Positions 54,723 through 64,000 of a stretch of 64,000 nucleotides of DNA are shown here, in pieces. The notes beneath the pieces were generated by a model. That model did no database searches, was not told where the DNA came from, and saw nothing but the letters and a program-made list of their open reading frames with translations. This stretch comes from an uncultured Candidatus Saccharibacteria bacterium (GTDB lineage Bacteria > Patescibacteriota > Minisyncoccia > Phycocordibacterales > CAIRYW01). Numbering within the stretch: position 1 is the first letter of the stretch; the number at the start of each line of letters is the position of its first letter. The stretch is taken from positions 5,743-69,742 of the forward strand of contig CAYUPH010000002.1 of assembly GCA_964446625.1 (NCBI GenBank), in the 5' to 3' direction. Made by a program: the position numbers and the translations under genes.

Positions 54723-57689
54723 CTACTGCAAAACTTTTCCATTTGAAAGGCGGACTTCTAGGAAGCAGCCAAGAGCATCATTGGCTGCTTTTGTTGTTGA
54801 CTCAAACCAGCGGCCCGTCGGAGTCTTTGCCCCCCAAGGCGAAAGAATCTTCTCACTGTATTTTGCTTGGAACCTTTTTACTGCATCCATAACTGCATTG
54901 TCGTACACATTCTCAGATTTCACTTCAGCAAAACTAAGCTTTTCTCCGGCAACAAAGTTCAAAAATTGTTTTATCTTAAATACACCTTCCCCTTTCGCTC
55001 CGAGATTTGCATAATCATTAGAAGTAAAAAATGGGCAGGCAAAGCTGTTTTTTGCAGTACATACGATTGTGTTAATTCTGTTTACTGTTGAGACATACAC
55101 TCGTCCAGTTGGTTTTGACAGTCCCCAAAAAGAAAGGACTGATGCTTCTTTACTTTGGAACCGTTTTACAGCCTCAAATGTTTGAGTGTCGTAAACTCCG
55201 GTCACAGAAAGTTTTTCTCCTTCGTATGTATTAAGAAAATTTTGCAGTTTTTCTACTTCAGTTTTTGAGTTTGTTTTTCCGTACTCAATATACTCGGTTA
55301 AATATGGCTCACAAGAGACTGGTGCGTAGTTTGGATTATTTGGATTGTCGGGATTGTTTGGAGCAGAAACCGGAAGTGCAGGAGTAGTAGGAGTATCTTT
55401 TTGCTTAGGTTTTGTACTGGTAGTTATTCCTCCGCCCCCGCCTCCCCCACCAGAAGATACTGTGTGCACGACAATGTTTGCACTGTCTCCTAGGTTATTC
55501 GGTGCAGAAGGAACAGAATATGAAGTACTTGTGTTATATAGACTATCCGCAACAGAAGCTGAAATAATAGACGAAACAGTGAGATCACTTGCAGAATCAG
55601 AAGAAGAAACTGTATAAGTTCCTGAAATCACATTTCCTGAAACAGACGAAAGTGTGACACTTCCTCCTGAGTTTAGAAGAAGTGTTAGTGTTGAGGTCGA
55701 TGTCACATTTTCATCAAAAGTTGCACGCACTGTGATTGTTTGACCTGAACTATATGTTCCGTCCGGTGAGGCTGTAGTAAACGAAACTAGAGCAGGAGCT
55801 GAAGAGTCTAGAACTCCGGTTGTAAAAGTATAATCAGTAGTTGTTGCAAGATTGTTTAGTAAATCAAAAGCGTACACACTAAAATGGTACAGTGTACTTC
55901 CAGAAAGTCCTGTGAGGTTTACAGTGTGCGTTGTTATACCTGAAGATGTAGAAACAGTGCCGTAAGAAGTTGTGGTTCCAAAATGCACTGAAGAAGATGC
56001 CGCTTCATCAGTAGTCCAAGAGATGGTTGCTGTTGTTGCAGTCGTTGAACTTGAGACGCTAGAAATAACTGGCGGGGTGGTATTTATAACAATATCATTT
56101 TCTGCACTAAGTGAATCATTGTCTACCGGATTAGGTAGAGCAGCAAGCGAACCTGTGCTAAAAGCGTTAAAGTTTATAGTAAATCCCGTCGTATCAAGTG
56201 CGGAAGAATCCTCATAATCAAGGTCGCTTGAAGAGTCCCCTGCCTGAACGGTGTAATTGAACACCCATGTACTTGTTGCCGTATCACAGTTAGAGCATGG
56301 CACTTCTGTTGTTCCGCTTCCTGTGTCGAGCGTAAGAGTCGGCACTTCTCCTGAGTTTGTATAGACAAGAAAGTCTGGATTTTCGTTAAAGTTTACATAA
56401 ATCGGAATCGTACTCCCTGTACCAAAAGTTCCATTTAAAGGTGAAGAGACACAAGGGTGCATTACTGCACCGCTCCAACCATTCCCTTCATTAATATTTG
56501 TGTGGCACCCCAAATCTTTTGTGGTAACGCCAACCATTGTTACTGCGGAAATCCCTTCATCAAGAGAAGAATTTTCTTCCATACTAAGTGAGTCTCCAAT
56601 GAGAACAGCTGAAGACACTGAACTACTATCATTAAATGTTATTGACCCCCCGACCACACTGATCGTGTGGTCTGTAAAACTAGAGGAGTCGTTAAAAATC
56701 GCATAGCTAGCAAGATTCAAACCCAAATCAACATTTGAACTATCAAATGCTTCGAGACTATTTACTGTTTTAGCGCCCGAACCGCTATAAACACTGTCGT
56801 AAATATATACGTGGTCATTTGAAGTTGGAAGACGGACAACTTGATCACTAAAAGATCGATCAACTCCTTTTGTGAGCCACCAGCTTGTAAGTGTATCCCA
56901 ATCACTACTAGTATTCCCTGCATAAAAATAAACATCACAATTGTCATACGAAATTGTTCCATCTACTGTTCCATTGTTTTGTGCTGTACATCCAAAAAAA
57001 GCGTTACCTGATGCATGTCCAGTATGCTCGCTGTAATCATAAAACGATACGCCACCTGAAAAATTTCCAGAGCTATTGCTTGCATTTGTAGAATGATCAC
57101 GAAAATCTGCTTGGGACACCCATGCAGATGCCAAGTTTGCAGAATTATCAAAAAAGTACGCGTTACCCCAATCTACTGTTCCTCCATTTTGGCTGTTATT
57201 CCTAAAGTATGTAGTAGACAGAACACTAGCGCCAACATTGTTTACTGATGAGTCGAGAAATTCCGCCACAAGGTTTATGGTAGTGTTGTTACTCGAAGTA
57301 TCGTAAAAGTGGATGTTTGGTGCAAAGTAGTCTTTATTGTTTATTGAACTACCCCGAAAATTAATACCAGTTGTAACAGTAAATGAAGCAGTTCCTGTAA
57401 TAGTTCCACTCATAACATTAAGTCCATGAACTGAGACAGAAGAAACCCTTGATGTGTCTACATCTGCATAAATATAGGCATCATCTGAGGCTCCAGGAGT
57501 ACCTCCCGCAGGAATAGTAAAACCTACATCAGAAAACCAGTTATTTGTGTTTCCCCAGTCACTGTCTACTGCGTCAGTAAAGTAATAATCTGCCGCGTTC
57601 GCAAAAGAAGGTGCAAAAAAGAGTGTGAAAATTATAAGTAATACGGTTTTTTTTGTGATATTTGAAACAACAAGATTCATCATTCTCAT
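54723..57689 (-). CDS. Large secreted surface protein: signal/TM, S/T/N-rich beta-rich repeats, FN3-like segment, Gly8 linker, and two C-terminal putative peptidoglycan-binding (PGBD-like) domains
   Basis: N-terminal hydrophobic segment. Duplicated ...FLN...GVYD..T..AVKRFQ.K... motif at the C-terminus. Confidence 0.7.
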   Translation of the reverse strand: MRMMNLVVSNITKKTVLLIIFTLFFAPSFANAADYYFTDAVDSDWGNTNNWFSDVGFTIPAGGTPGASDDAYIYADVDTSRVSSVSVHGLNVMSGTITGTASFTVTTGINFRGSSINNKDYFAPNIHFYDTSSNNTTINLVAEFLDSSVNNVGASVLSTTYFRNNSQNGGTVDWGNAYFFDNSANLASAWVSQADFRDHSTNASNSSGNFSGGVSFYDYSEHTGHASGNAFFGCTAQNNGTVDGTISYDNCDVYFYAGNTSSDWDTLTSWWLTKGVDRSFSDQVVRLPTSNDHVYIYDSVYSGSGAKTVNSLEAFDSSNVDLGLNLASYAIFNDSSSFTDHTISVVGGSITFNDSSSVSSAVLIGDSLSMEENSSLDEGISAVTMVGVTTKDLGCHTNINEGNGWSGAVMHPCVSSPLNGTFGTGSTIPIYVNFNENPDFLVYTNSGEVPTLTLDTGSGTTEVPCSNCDTATSTWVFNYTVQAGDSSSDLDYEDSSALDTTGFTINFNAFSTGSLAALPNPVDNDSLSAENDIVINTTPPVISSVSSSTTATTATISWTTDEAASSSVHFGTTTSYGTVSTSSGITTHTVNLTGLSGSTLYHFSVYAFDLLNNLATTTDYTFTTGVLDSSAPALVSFTTASPDGTYSSGQTITVRATFDENVTSTSTLTLLLNSGGSVTLSSVSGNVISGTYTVSSSDSASDLTVSSIISASVADSLYNTSTSYSVPSAPNNLGDSANIVVHTVSSGGGGGGGGITTSTKPKQKDTPTTPALPVSAPNNPDNPNNPNYAPVSCEPYLTEYIEYGKTNSKTEVEKLQNFLNTYEGEKLSVTGVYDTQTFEAVKRFQSKEASVLSFWGLSKPTGRVYVSTVNRINTIVCTAKNSFACPFFTSNDYANLGAKGEGVFKIKQFLNFVAGEKLSFAEVKSENVYDNAVMDAVKRFQAKYSEKILSPWGAKTPTGRWFESTTKAANDALGCFLEVRLSNGKVLQ

Positions 57690-57708
57690 GTCTCAATTAT
57701 ATCAGTTT

Positions 57709-58362
57709 CTATTTATTCTGAAAAGCGAGTTTCTCTTTAAAAACAGCTTCTGATACATACCTGTCTTGCTTCTTTCCAAAGGTATTGCAAGTTGAAAGTG
57801 TCACCATGTTTACACCCTCTTTAAACTCAATAAGTTCCTTTGTAGCGTCCACTAGACGCGTATTTTGTACTACATACACATAGCGATAGTTTTCAGAGTC
57901 AACATAAACTTCGTCTCCTTCTTGGAGTTTTTTTACACCATTAAAAGCTTTATATACTTTGTTTGGGTAGTCATCTCCGGCGCTGTGACCAAAAAGAAGC
58001 ATGTTTCCTTCAGGAAGTTTGCCGGAAGTTGGATACCTTACAACACCCTCCTTGAGGTACGCATCAAGAACTGCTACGTCGGTCTTCTCAGGGTTTAATA
58101 CTTTATAGTCGATACCCGCGCTCGGTGCTGAAATATGAATTGGAAGCTCTGGTTTTTCCTTTGGAGTTTCAAAGGGAGTTGTAATAGTTTCAGGTGCTAA
58201 AGTTTTCCTTTCAAGGAACTCGAAAAAATTCTCTCCTTCCCGAAGTGAACTCGGAACAATCCCTGTAATATAAAGGAGACTAAAGCTTAGAGTAAAGATT
58301 GCGAAAAAGAGCCCAGTGAAGCGCAGAATTCGAAAAATCTCTTGTTTTTCCTTATTTTTCAT
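57709..58362 (-). CDS. Sortase-family transpeptidase
   Basis: N-terminal TM; His LLFGHS, Cys TLSTC and Arg DRYV. Confidence 0.75.
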   Translation of the reverse strand: MKNKEKQEIFRILRFTGLFFAIFTLSFSLLYITGIVPSSLREGENFFEFLERKTLAPETITTPFETPKEKPELPIHISAPSAGIDYKVLNPEKTDVAVLDAYLKEGVVRYPTSGKLPEGNMLLFGHSAGDDYPNKVYKAFNGVKKLQEGDEVYVDSENYRYVYVVQNTRLVDATKELIEFKEGVNMVTLSTCNTFGKKQDRYVSEAVFKEKLAFQNK

Positions 58363-58409
58363 TGAGTTTTAATTATACAACGGTATAAAATATTAAGTCA
58401 ATAAATATA

Positions 58410-58438
58410 TTGACATAAGGCTAAAAAAGGTATATAAT
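58410..58438 (+). promoter_or_regulatory. Canonical sigma70 promoter TTGACA-17 nt-TATAAT
   Basis: ttgaca taaggctaaaaaaggta tataat, 21 nt upstream of the ATG at 58460. Confidence 0.5.
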
Positions 58439-58459
58439 GTGTAAATAACTAATAAACAT

Positions 58460-60016
58460 ATGCATACAGAAGAACATCGAACAGAAGAGCACCATATTGA
58501 AATCGTAGAAGGAGGAGTTCATGGCACTCACGATGTGAGCGACTCGCACGGGGCGGACGAATCTGAAAACGAGGGTTTCTCTTCAAAAATAATCAAATGG
58601 ATTGTAATAGCAGGTATTTTAATCGTGCTTCTTATTGCGAGTATTGCGATTGTAAAACTTGTTCCAAAGGCAATTTCTAAAATTTCTGGTGCAGCAGTCT
58701 TTCTTGGACAAGGAGGAAGCAACCTCGCTGTTGGAACAAACAAATCTTCAGTTCGAAGTGAAGATTCTTTTTCTGTTACTTGGAAAGGAAAAGAATACGA
58801 AAACGAAGTTTATCGAAGCGTTAGCTTTAAATGTGTCTCTGGTATAACAGTTGAATACAAATCAACAAACGGCATGAAGCCTGTTATTTGTGATACTGTC
58901 TTCCCTCTTCCAAACACTCCAGAAGGGTCTTTTCCTTTTGTGGTTACTTCTCTTCTTTCAGAAAAAGAAGAACTTCCTTTCGTAATCTCTGTTACAGACA
59001 AACTTGAAAACAAAGTTATTGTAAGTAATGCGAGTTCAGTAGATGTATTTCCAAAAGGTAGCGGTAATGACTCTGCACCTGGTGACTACACACCCGATTA
59101 CTCTAACCCAAATCCAAGCACAGGAACCGCAACATCAACAAACTCAGGCGCTGGTTCAAAAGATACAACCAAAACTCCACCTAAAACTACAACTGGTGGA
59201 ACAGGATGGGGTGGAAACACTTCTTCTTCTGGAGGATATGGAACATCATACACTGGCGCTGAAACAGGAAACCCTGATCTAAGGCTTGTCCTTACAAATG
59301 TATATGTCACTGACAGACAGACAGGAAACAATAAATCTACTTCTAATATTTACAGTGGAGATAGAATAACAGCACGGTTCCAAGTAACAAACATTGGAAC
59401 GCGCTCTTCTGGACTTTGGGTACTTAACGCACAAATTCCTTCTTCAAACGCAGCCGACAGATCTTACACTTCTGGGTACCAGCCATCACTTACACCAGGA
59501 AGTGTTTACGAAATGGTAATTGGTTTCGATTCATACGACGGAAACGGTGACCTTGTACTCACCGCATCAAACAATAATGATGCAAATCCTTCTAACAATC
59601 AGCTTGTGGTACCACTCGACGGAAATGGTAGCTCTTCTGGAAACAATGGACGAGCTGACCTTACTGTCCGAATTACGGGAGTTGGAATTTCCAATGGAAA
59701 CGGGAGCATATACTACACAAACAATTTTGACGAAAGCGATGAAATCGCAGTTCGTTTTGAAATCGAAAACATTGGTGGAACTCAAAGCGGACGATTTTCT
59801 TTTGAGGCTGAGCTTCCTTCACGAGATGATGATACCTATTCATCTCCAAACTATTCATCGCTCGCTCCTGGAGAAAAACGAGAATTTGTTCTCGTGGTAG
59901 AAAATCCAGACTCTGGTTCTAGTCGAATTCGAATAAAGGTAGATCCTGATGGTGATATTCGAGAATCAAACGAAAACAACAACACAGACTCAGAAACAAT
60001 CGATATTGATAACTAA
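58460..60016 (+). CDS. Membrane-anchored surface protein with a His-rich cytoplasmic N-terminus, signal-anchor TM and two CARDB-like domains
   Basis: PDLRLVLTNVYVTD...ARFQVTNIGT and ADLTVRITG...VRFEIENIGGTQSG ... DPDGDIRESNENNN. Confidence 0.7.
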   Translation: MHTEEHRTEEHHIEIVEGGVHGTHDVSDSHGADESENEGFSSKIIKWIVIAGILIVLLIASIAIVKLVPKAISKISGAAVFLGQGGSNLAVGTNKSSVRSEDSFSVTWKGKEYENEVYRSVSFKCVSGITVEYKSTNGMKPVICDTVFPLPNTPEGSFPFVVTSLLSEKEELPFVISVTDKLENKVIVSNASSVDVFPKGSGNDSAPGDYTPDYSNPNPSTGTATSTNSGAGSKDTTKTPPKTTTGGTGWGGNTSSSGGYGTSYTGAETGNPDLRLVLTNVYVTDRQTGNNKSTSNIYSGDRITARFQVTNIGTRSSGLWVLNAQIPSSNAADRSYTSGYQPSLTPGSVYEMVIGFDSYDGNGDLVLTASNNNDANPSNNQLVVPLDGNGSSSGNNGRADLTVRITGVGISNGNGSIYYTNNFDESDEIAVRFEIENIGGTQSGRFSFEAELPSRDDDTYSSPNYSSLAPGEKREFVLVVENPDSGSSRIRIKVDPDGDIRESNENNNTDSETIDIDN

Positions 60017-60019
60017 AAC

Positions 60020-60055
60020 AAAAAGCCCCGCGCGAAGCGCGGGGCTTTTTGTTTT
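60020..60055. terminator. Bidirectional terminator aaaagccccgcgc gaa gcgcggggctttt
   Basis: Perfect 9-bp GC stem with flanking A- and T-runs between convergent genes. Confidence 0.75.
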
Positions 60056-60058
60056 AGT

Positions 60059-62140
60059 TTAGATATCAAGGTTTGCAAGCTTTGCGTTCGATTGAATAAA
60101 ACTCTTTCGAGACGGCACATCGTTACCCATAAGAATATCAATGACTTTGTCCGCTGCTGCAGCATCTTCTACACTTACCTGCTTTAGGACTCTGTTTTTT
60201 CGTTCCATAGTAGTTTCTGCAAGCTCCTCTGCGTTCATTTCTCCAAGACCTTTGTATCGCTGAATTGTTACTTTTTTCTTTTTCTCTGGTGTGTCTTTTT
60301 CTTCTCCCTCTTCTTCACCTGCTTCAGTTTCACTCTCTTCTCCACCATCAGCAACAGAAAGTTTTCTCTCTTTTAGAAATATTTCCTTTTCTTCTTCAGA
60401 ATAGAAATAGTGAATTTCTTTTCCTAGTTTTAGTTTATATAGAGGAGGCTGAGCAACATAGATAAATCCACTTTCTATAAGGCTTCTAAAATGTCTGTAG
60501 AAAAGAGTAAGAAGAAGTGTTCGAATGTGCGCTCCGTCAACATCCGCATCAGTTGCAATAATAATTTTGTGGTAGCGTAGCTTTTCAATATTAAATATGT
60601 CTCCAATTCCAGTACCAAGCGCAATCACAAGGTTTGTGATTTGCTCTGATGAAAGCATTTTATCGAGACGAGCTCTTTCGATGTTTAGGATTTTACCTCG
60701 AAGTGGCAAGATGGCTTGTGTTCTTCGGTCTCGCCCTGTCTTTGCTGTACCTCCCGCTGAGTCTCCCTCCACAATAAAGAGTTCTGATTCGCTCGCATCT
60801 TTGCTCTGACAGTCTGCAAGTTTTCCTGGAAGCGTCATTCCTTCAAGTGCTCCTTTTCGAAGGATAGAATCTTTTGCAGCTTTTGCAGCTTTTCGAGCCT
60901 TCATTGCAAGCACAACTTTTCCAATTATTGCTTTCGCATCATCTGGATTTTCCTCAAGAAATTCTGAAAATGCTTCACCAAAAACTGACGCAACTGCTCC
61001 TTGCGCCTCCATACTTCCGAGCTTTGCTTTTGTTTGTCCTTCAAACTGAATCTCTCTGAGCTTTACAGATACAACGCAAGTAAGTCCTTCGAGAACATCG
61101 TCCCCCGTAAACGAATCCCCCTCGTCTTTTGCAGAACCATTCTTTTTTGCATAGGTGTTTAAAGTACGAGTAAGTGCAGTTTTAAAACCTGTAATATGCG
61201 TTCCTCCTTCTGGGTTGTAAATATTGTTTGCGAAACCTGTAATTCGCGCAGAGATGTCATCAACATACTGAAGAGCAATCTCTACATCTTCAACACCTTC
61301 TACCTTTTTCTGGACATAAAAAATATTTTTGTGTATTGGCTTTTGAAACTGGTTATTGAACCGAATAAGTGAAGCAAGTCCTCCTTCAAAATAAAAAGAA
61401 TACGAAGGCGCCTCTACTCCAAGCTCTTTAAAGTAGTGTACATCCTCCTGATTTTTAATAGGTGGAACTTCTCTCGCATCTATAACGCTAATTCGAAGAT
61501 CTTTTACAAGGTATGCCTGTTGTCGCATGTGCGACACAATTCGTTTAAAATCGTAATCTTGTTTTCCGAAAATAATTTCATCGGGTTCAAAAGTAACAAC
61601 AGTACCTGTCTGTTTTGCGCTTCCAAGTTTTTTTACTGCAGCTTTTCTTTTTCCTGTCGCATACTCCTGCATATAGTGACCTCCATCTCGAAAAACATCT
61701 ACTCGGCAGAGTGTAGAGAGTGCGTTTACCACAGAAGCTCCCACCCCGTGAAGACCTCCTGATACTTTGTATCCTTCACCCCCGAATTTTCCTCCGGCAT
61801 GAAGTGTTGTCATGATTGTCTCAAGAGCAGACACTTTTGTTTTTGAGTGAACATCAACAGGAATTCCTCGTCCGTTGTCTGCTACTCGAACCCTGTTGTT
61901 TGGAAGGAGAACTACTTCAATAGAATCAGCAAAGCCACCCATCGCTTCATCACGAGAGTTATCAAAAATTTCCCAGACGAGGTGGTGAAATCCGTCGGGA
62001 CCAGTTGTACCAATGTACATTCCTGGTCGCTTTCGAACTGGTTCAAGACCCTCGAGGACTGTAATCTGATCCGCTCCGTAATTACTGTTTTCTTTGCTTT
62101 TTGCCATAGGTTTTATTCTATCATTTTTTAGGTCTTTCAA
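60059..62140 (-). CDS. gyrB: DNA gyrase subunit B
   Basis: GHKL ATPase motifs (GLHGVGASVVNALS), TOPRIM EGDSAGG and a C-terminal tail. An acidic insertion precedes the tail. Confidence 0.9.
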   Translation of the reverse strand: MKDLKNDRIKPMAKSKENSNYGADQITVLEGLEPVRKRPGMYIGTTGPDGFHHLVWEIFDNSRDEAMGGFADSIEVVLLPNNRVRVADNGRGIPVDVHSKTKVSALETIMTTLHAGGKFGGEGYKVSGGLHGVGASVVNALSTLCRVDVFRDGGHYMQEYATGKRKAAVKKLGSAKQTGTVVTFEPDEIIFGKQDYDFKRIVSHMRQQAYLVKDLRISVIDAREVPPIKNQEDVHYFKELGVEAPSYSFYFEGGLASLIRFNNQFQKPIHKNIFYVQKKVEGVEDVEIALQYVDDISARITGFANNIYNPEGGTHITGFKTALTRTLNTYAKKNGSAKDEGDSFTGDDVLEGLTCVVSVKLREIQFEGQTKAKLGSMEAQGAVASVFGEAFSEFLEENPDDAKAIIGKVVLAMKARKAAKAAKDSILRKGALEGMTLPGKLADCQSKDASESELFIVEGDSAGGTAKTGRDRRTQAILPLRGKILNIERARLDKMLSSEQITNLVIALGTGIGDIFNIEKLRYHKIIIATDADVDGAHIRTLLLTLFYRHFRSLIESGFIYVAQPPLYKLKLGKEIHYFYSEEEKEIFLKERKLSVADGGEESETEAGEEEGEEKDTPEKKKKVTIQRYKGLGEMNAEELAETTMERKNRVLKQVSVEDAAAADKVIDILMGNDVPSRKSFIQSNAKLANLDI

Positions 62141-62205
62141 ACATTGACAAGAGGTTCTTTTGCTTATATTTTCATTAAAAACTTACCTCCTCAATAGGTA
62201 GTAAT

Positions 62206-64000
62206 TTATCTCACTTCGAGACCTTCTGCCTTTAGTGCATCGTACACCTCCTGCATTATTGGCTCAATTTCTGCCTCGGTAAGAGTCCTTTCAAACGATT
62301 GAAATACGAGCCTGTAGCCAAAAGACACTTTCTCTAATTCTCCTGTTTCTTTATTCTTCTTTTCAAATCTATCAAAAAGATCAAGTCTTTGAAGTAAGAT
62401 TCCTGCTTTCTGTCTCAAAATTTCTTCAGGGTTTAGTAGACTACCCGCAGGAACAAAGAAAGCAACATCTCTTGATATAAATGGGTAAACTGAAATCGGG
62501 CTCATTTTGACATTCTTTTTTTCATACGAGAGGAGTTCAACTTCATTTTCTAACTGCTCTGTAAAGGCATCGAAATCAATTTCAAATATTCCATCTTCAT
62601 TGTTTATTGTTCCGATTTGTTTATTTGAAAGCATAATAAGCCCCCCAGTGTCGTCTATCGTGCAAAGTGTTTGCGCTTTTGAACCAAAGAAAAGAACGAA
62701 CTCATCACGAATTGTTTTAATTTCTTCGTTAGGTGAATTTTGTTTTCCTGTTTTTTTTACTCCAATACCAGCAGCGAGTGTATTAAATTCCCTTCCATCA
62801 CGAAAGACTTTACCGATTTCAAAGATTTTTATTTTTGACAAACCAAGGAGGTCCGCGTTCAAAAGGTTCTCTGCAATTTTTGTTTTTATCGCAGATGTGA
62901 GGTTGGTGCGAAGAAAAGCTTTGTCTGATGCGAGAGGATTTTTAAGAGCAAACTCGCCCGCTTCACCGAGCGCATGTGTGAGCACTTCTGAAAAACCTCT
63001 TTCCATAAAAAAGTTTCGCGCTTTTGCCCCCAGGTTAAAAATTTTGTCGGACTCTACCTTAAAAGTAACCTCTGGAAGTTTCGCTTCTAGAGAATCGTAC
63101 CCGAGGAGGCGGCCGATTTCGTCTGTAAAATCTTCTGGAATACAAAGATCCTTTCTCTCTACTGGAACTGTTACCGTAAAAGTAGAATTTTCTTCTTTGA
63201 ACTGAAGACTCATTTTTTGTAGAATTGTTTTCACACTCTCTCCAGTTACATCTCTTCCTAATTTGTTTTGAAGAAAATCTAACGTAAACGAAACAGTACT
63301 TTGCTTTGATTCACCACCACCCACTTCTTTAAAGAAAGAAATTTCAGTAGTGGGGAGGACCTCCTTAAGAAGCTCAAAAAACCGAAGAGCTCCGCGCATA
63401 GCATATGCAACATCTATTTTATTTTCAAACCGCTTTGACGCATCGGTCTTAATTTGAACAAGGGTTGAAGTCTTGCGAACTGAAGAAGCGTCAAAATGTG
63501 CTGCTTCAAGCACTATTTCTCTGCATCCTGTCTTTACCTCTGCTTTCTTTCCCCCTTTTATTCCTGCAATTGCAAGAGGGGCAGTTTCATCTGCTATAAC
63601 AAGCTCACTTCCCTGGAAGGTAACTTCCCTTCCGTCGAGTGTTGTTATTTTTTCTCCCTCATTTGCAGTGCGGATAACTAATCCGCCTTCAATTTTTTCT
63701 TTATCAAAAACATGGAGAGGTTGCCCCATTTCAAGCATGACAAAGTTTGCTATGTCCACTAGAAAGTTAATACTCCTCTGCCCCAGCGCATCCAAAACTT
63801 TTTTTATTTTCTCTGGAGTCTCTACATCCTCGGGAATATTTTTAATACCGAGTGCTATATATTTGTCACAAAGAGAGCTCTGGAGTTTTACTGAGAAATC
63901 TCCTGTTTCAGAAAGTGTATTACTTGATACCACCCTGCGGAGTGAATTATCCTGAAGGAGAAGTGAAAGCTCGTAAGCAATTCCCATGTGAGAGAGCGCG
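62206..64000 (-). CDS. pheT: Phenylalanyl-tRNA synthetase beta subunit (N-terminal part outside window)
   Basis: B3/B4 and B5 domains, and a C-terminal FDX-ACB domain (ISVYPFISRDVAFFV). The ORF remains open to the window edge. Confidence 0.9.
   Translation of the reverse strand, partial: ALSHMGIAYELSLLLQDNSLRRVVSSNTLSETGDFSVKLQSSLCDKYIALGIKNIPEDVETPEKIKKVLDALGQRSINFLVDIANFVMLEMGQPLHVFDKEKIEGGLVIRTANEGEKITTLDGREVTFQGSELVIADETAPLAIAGIKGGKKAEVKTGCREIVLEAAHFDASSVRKTSTLVQIKTDASKRFENKIDVAYAMRGALRFFELLKEVLPTTEISFFKEVGGGESKQSTVSFTLDFLQNKLGRDVTGESVKTILQKMSLQFKEENSTFTVTVPVERKDLCIPEDFTDEIGRLLGYDSLEAKLPEVTFKVESDKIFNLGAKARNFFMERGFSEVLTHALGEAGEFALKNPLASDKAFLRTNLTSAIKTKIAENLLNADLLGLSKIKIFEIGKVFRDGREFNTLAAGIGVKKTGKQNSPNEEIKTIRDEFVLFFGSKAQTLCTIDDTGGLIMLSNKQIGTINNEDGIFEIDFDAFTEQLENEVELLSYEKKNVKMSPISVYPFISRDVAFFVPAGSLLNPEEILRQKAGILLQRLDLFDRFEKKNKETGELEKVSFGYRLVFQSFERTLTEAEIEPIMQEVYDALKAEGLEVR

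Noticed and set aside
55420-55445. C/G-rich tract (cctccgcccccgcctcccccacc) encoding Gly8 as a phase-variation homopolymer
   Set aside because: It is not a pure mononucleotide run; the longest stretch is C5. Slipped-strand switching is unlikely.
1-64000. tRNA, rRNA, CRISPR arrays, IS/transposase or integrase genes
   Set aside because: No T-loop/acceptor-like sequences with cloverleaf potential were seen. No 16S/23S-like high-GC conserved stretches, no regularly spaced direct repeats, and no DDE/tyrosine-recombinase-like ORFs.

Overview
The window is a gene-dense, low-GC (about 40%) segment that reads like a reduced Patescibacteria/CPR-type genome. The lineage call is inference from gene content. 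About 55 protein-coding genes are called; I found no rRNA, no tRNA, no CRISPR array and no transposase.

Housekeeping backbone:
- serS (5' partial), typA/bipA, truB, a HisRS-like catalytic-core protein, and a contiguous rpoB-rpoC-dnaG-rpoD block on the minus strand.
- trmD, a KH-domain protein, rpsP, a short hingeless SMC-like protein, rnc, a NusB-NUDIX fusion and rpmF.
- purC, rnhB, dnaE, thrS, gyrB and pheT (N-terminal end runs off the window).

Accessory content:
- Five NUDIX domains, a CYTH protein, TspO with an extra C-terminal domain, DUF305, DUF378, DgkA plus a DedA-PAP2 fusion and a second DedA.
- M29, M24 and M15 peptidases, an aquaporin, MscL and a MacAB/HlyD-like ABC efflux set.
- A UvrD-helicase/Fe-S nuclease fusion next to a DEDDy exonuclease.
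- A sortase next to two large surface proteins (PG-binding and CARDB domains).

Most notable sequence-level observations:
1. A recurrent TGnTATAAT extended -10 box sits exactly 6 nt upstream of many start codons with no Shine-Dalgarno sequence, implying pervasive leaderless expression.
2. A conserved hairpin element with a 28-nt identical core and compensatory stem changes occurs twice (5922-5982 and 7220-7279), each upstream of a gene.
3. Two ~300-nt promoter/terminator-bounded noncoding-looking units lie at 5567-5908 and 52650-52952.
4. Compositional islands: an AT-rich block at 1800-4500, a GC-rich patch at 3380-3660, and GC-rich purC and serS.
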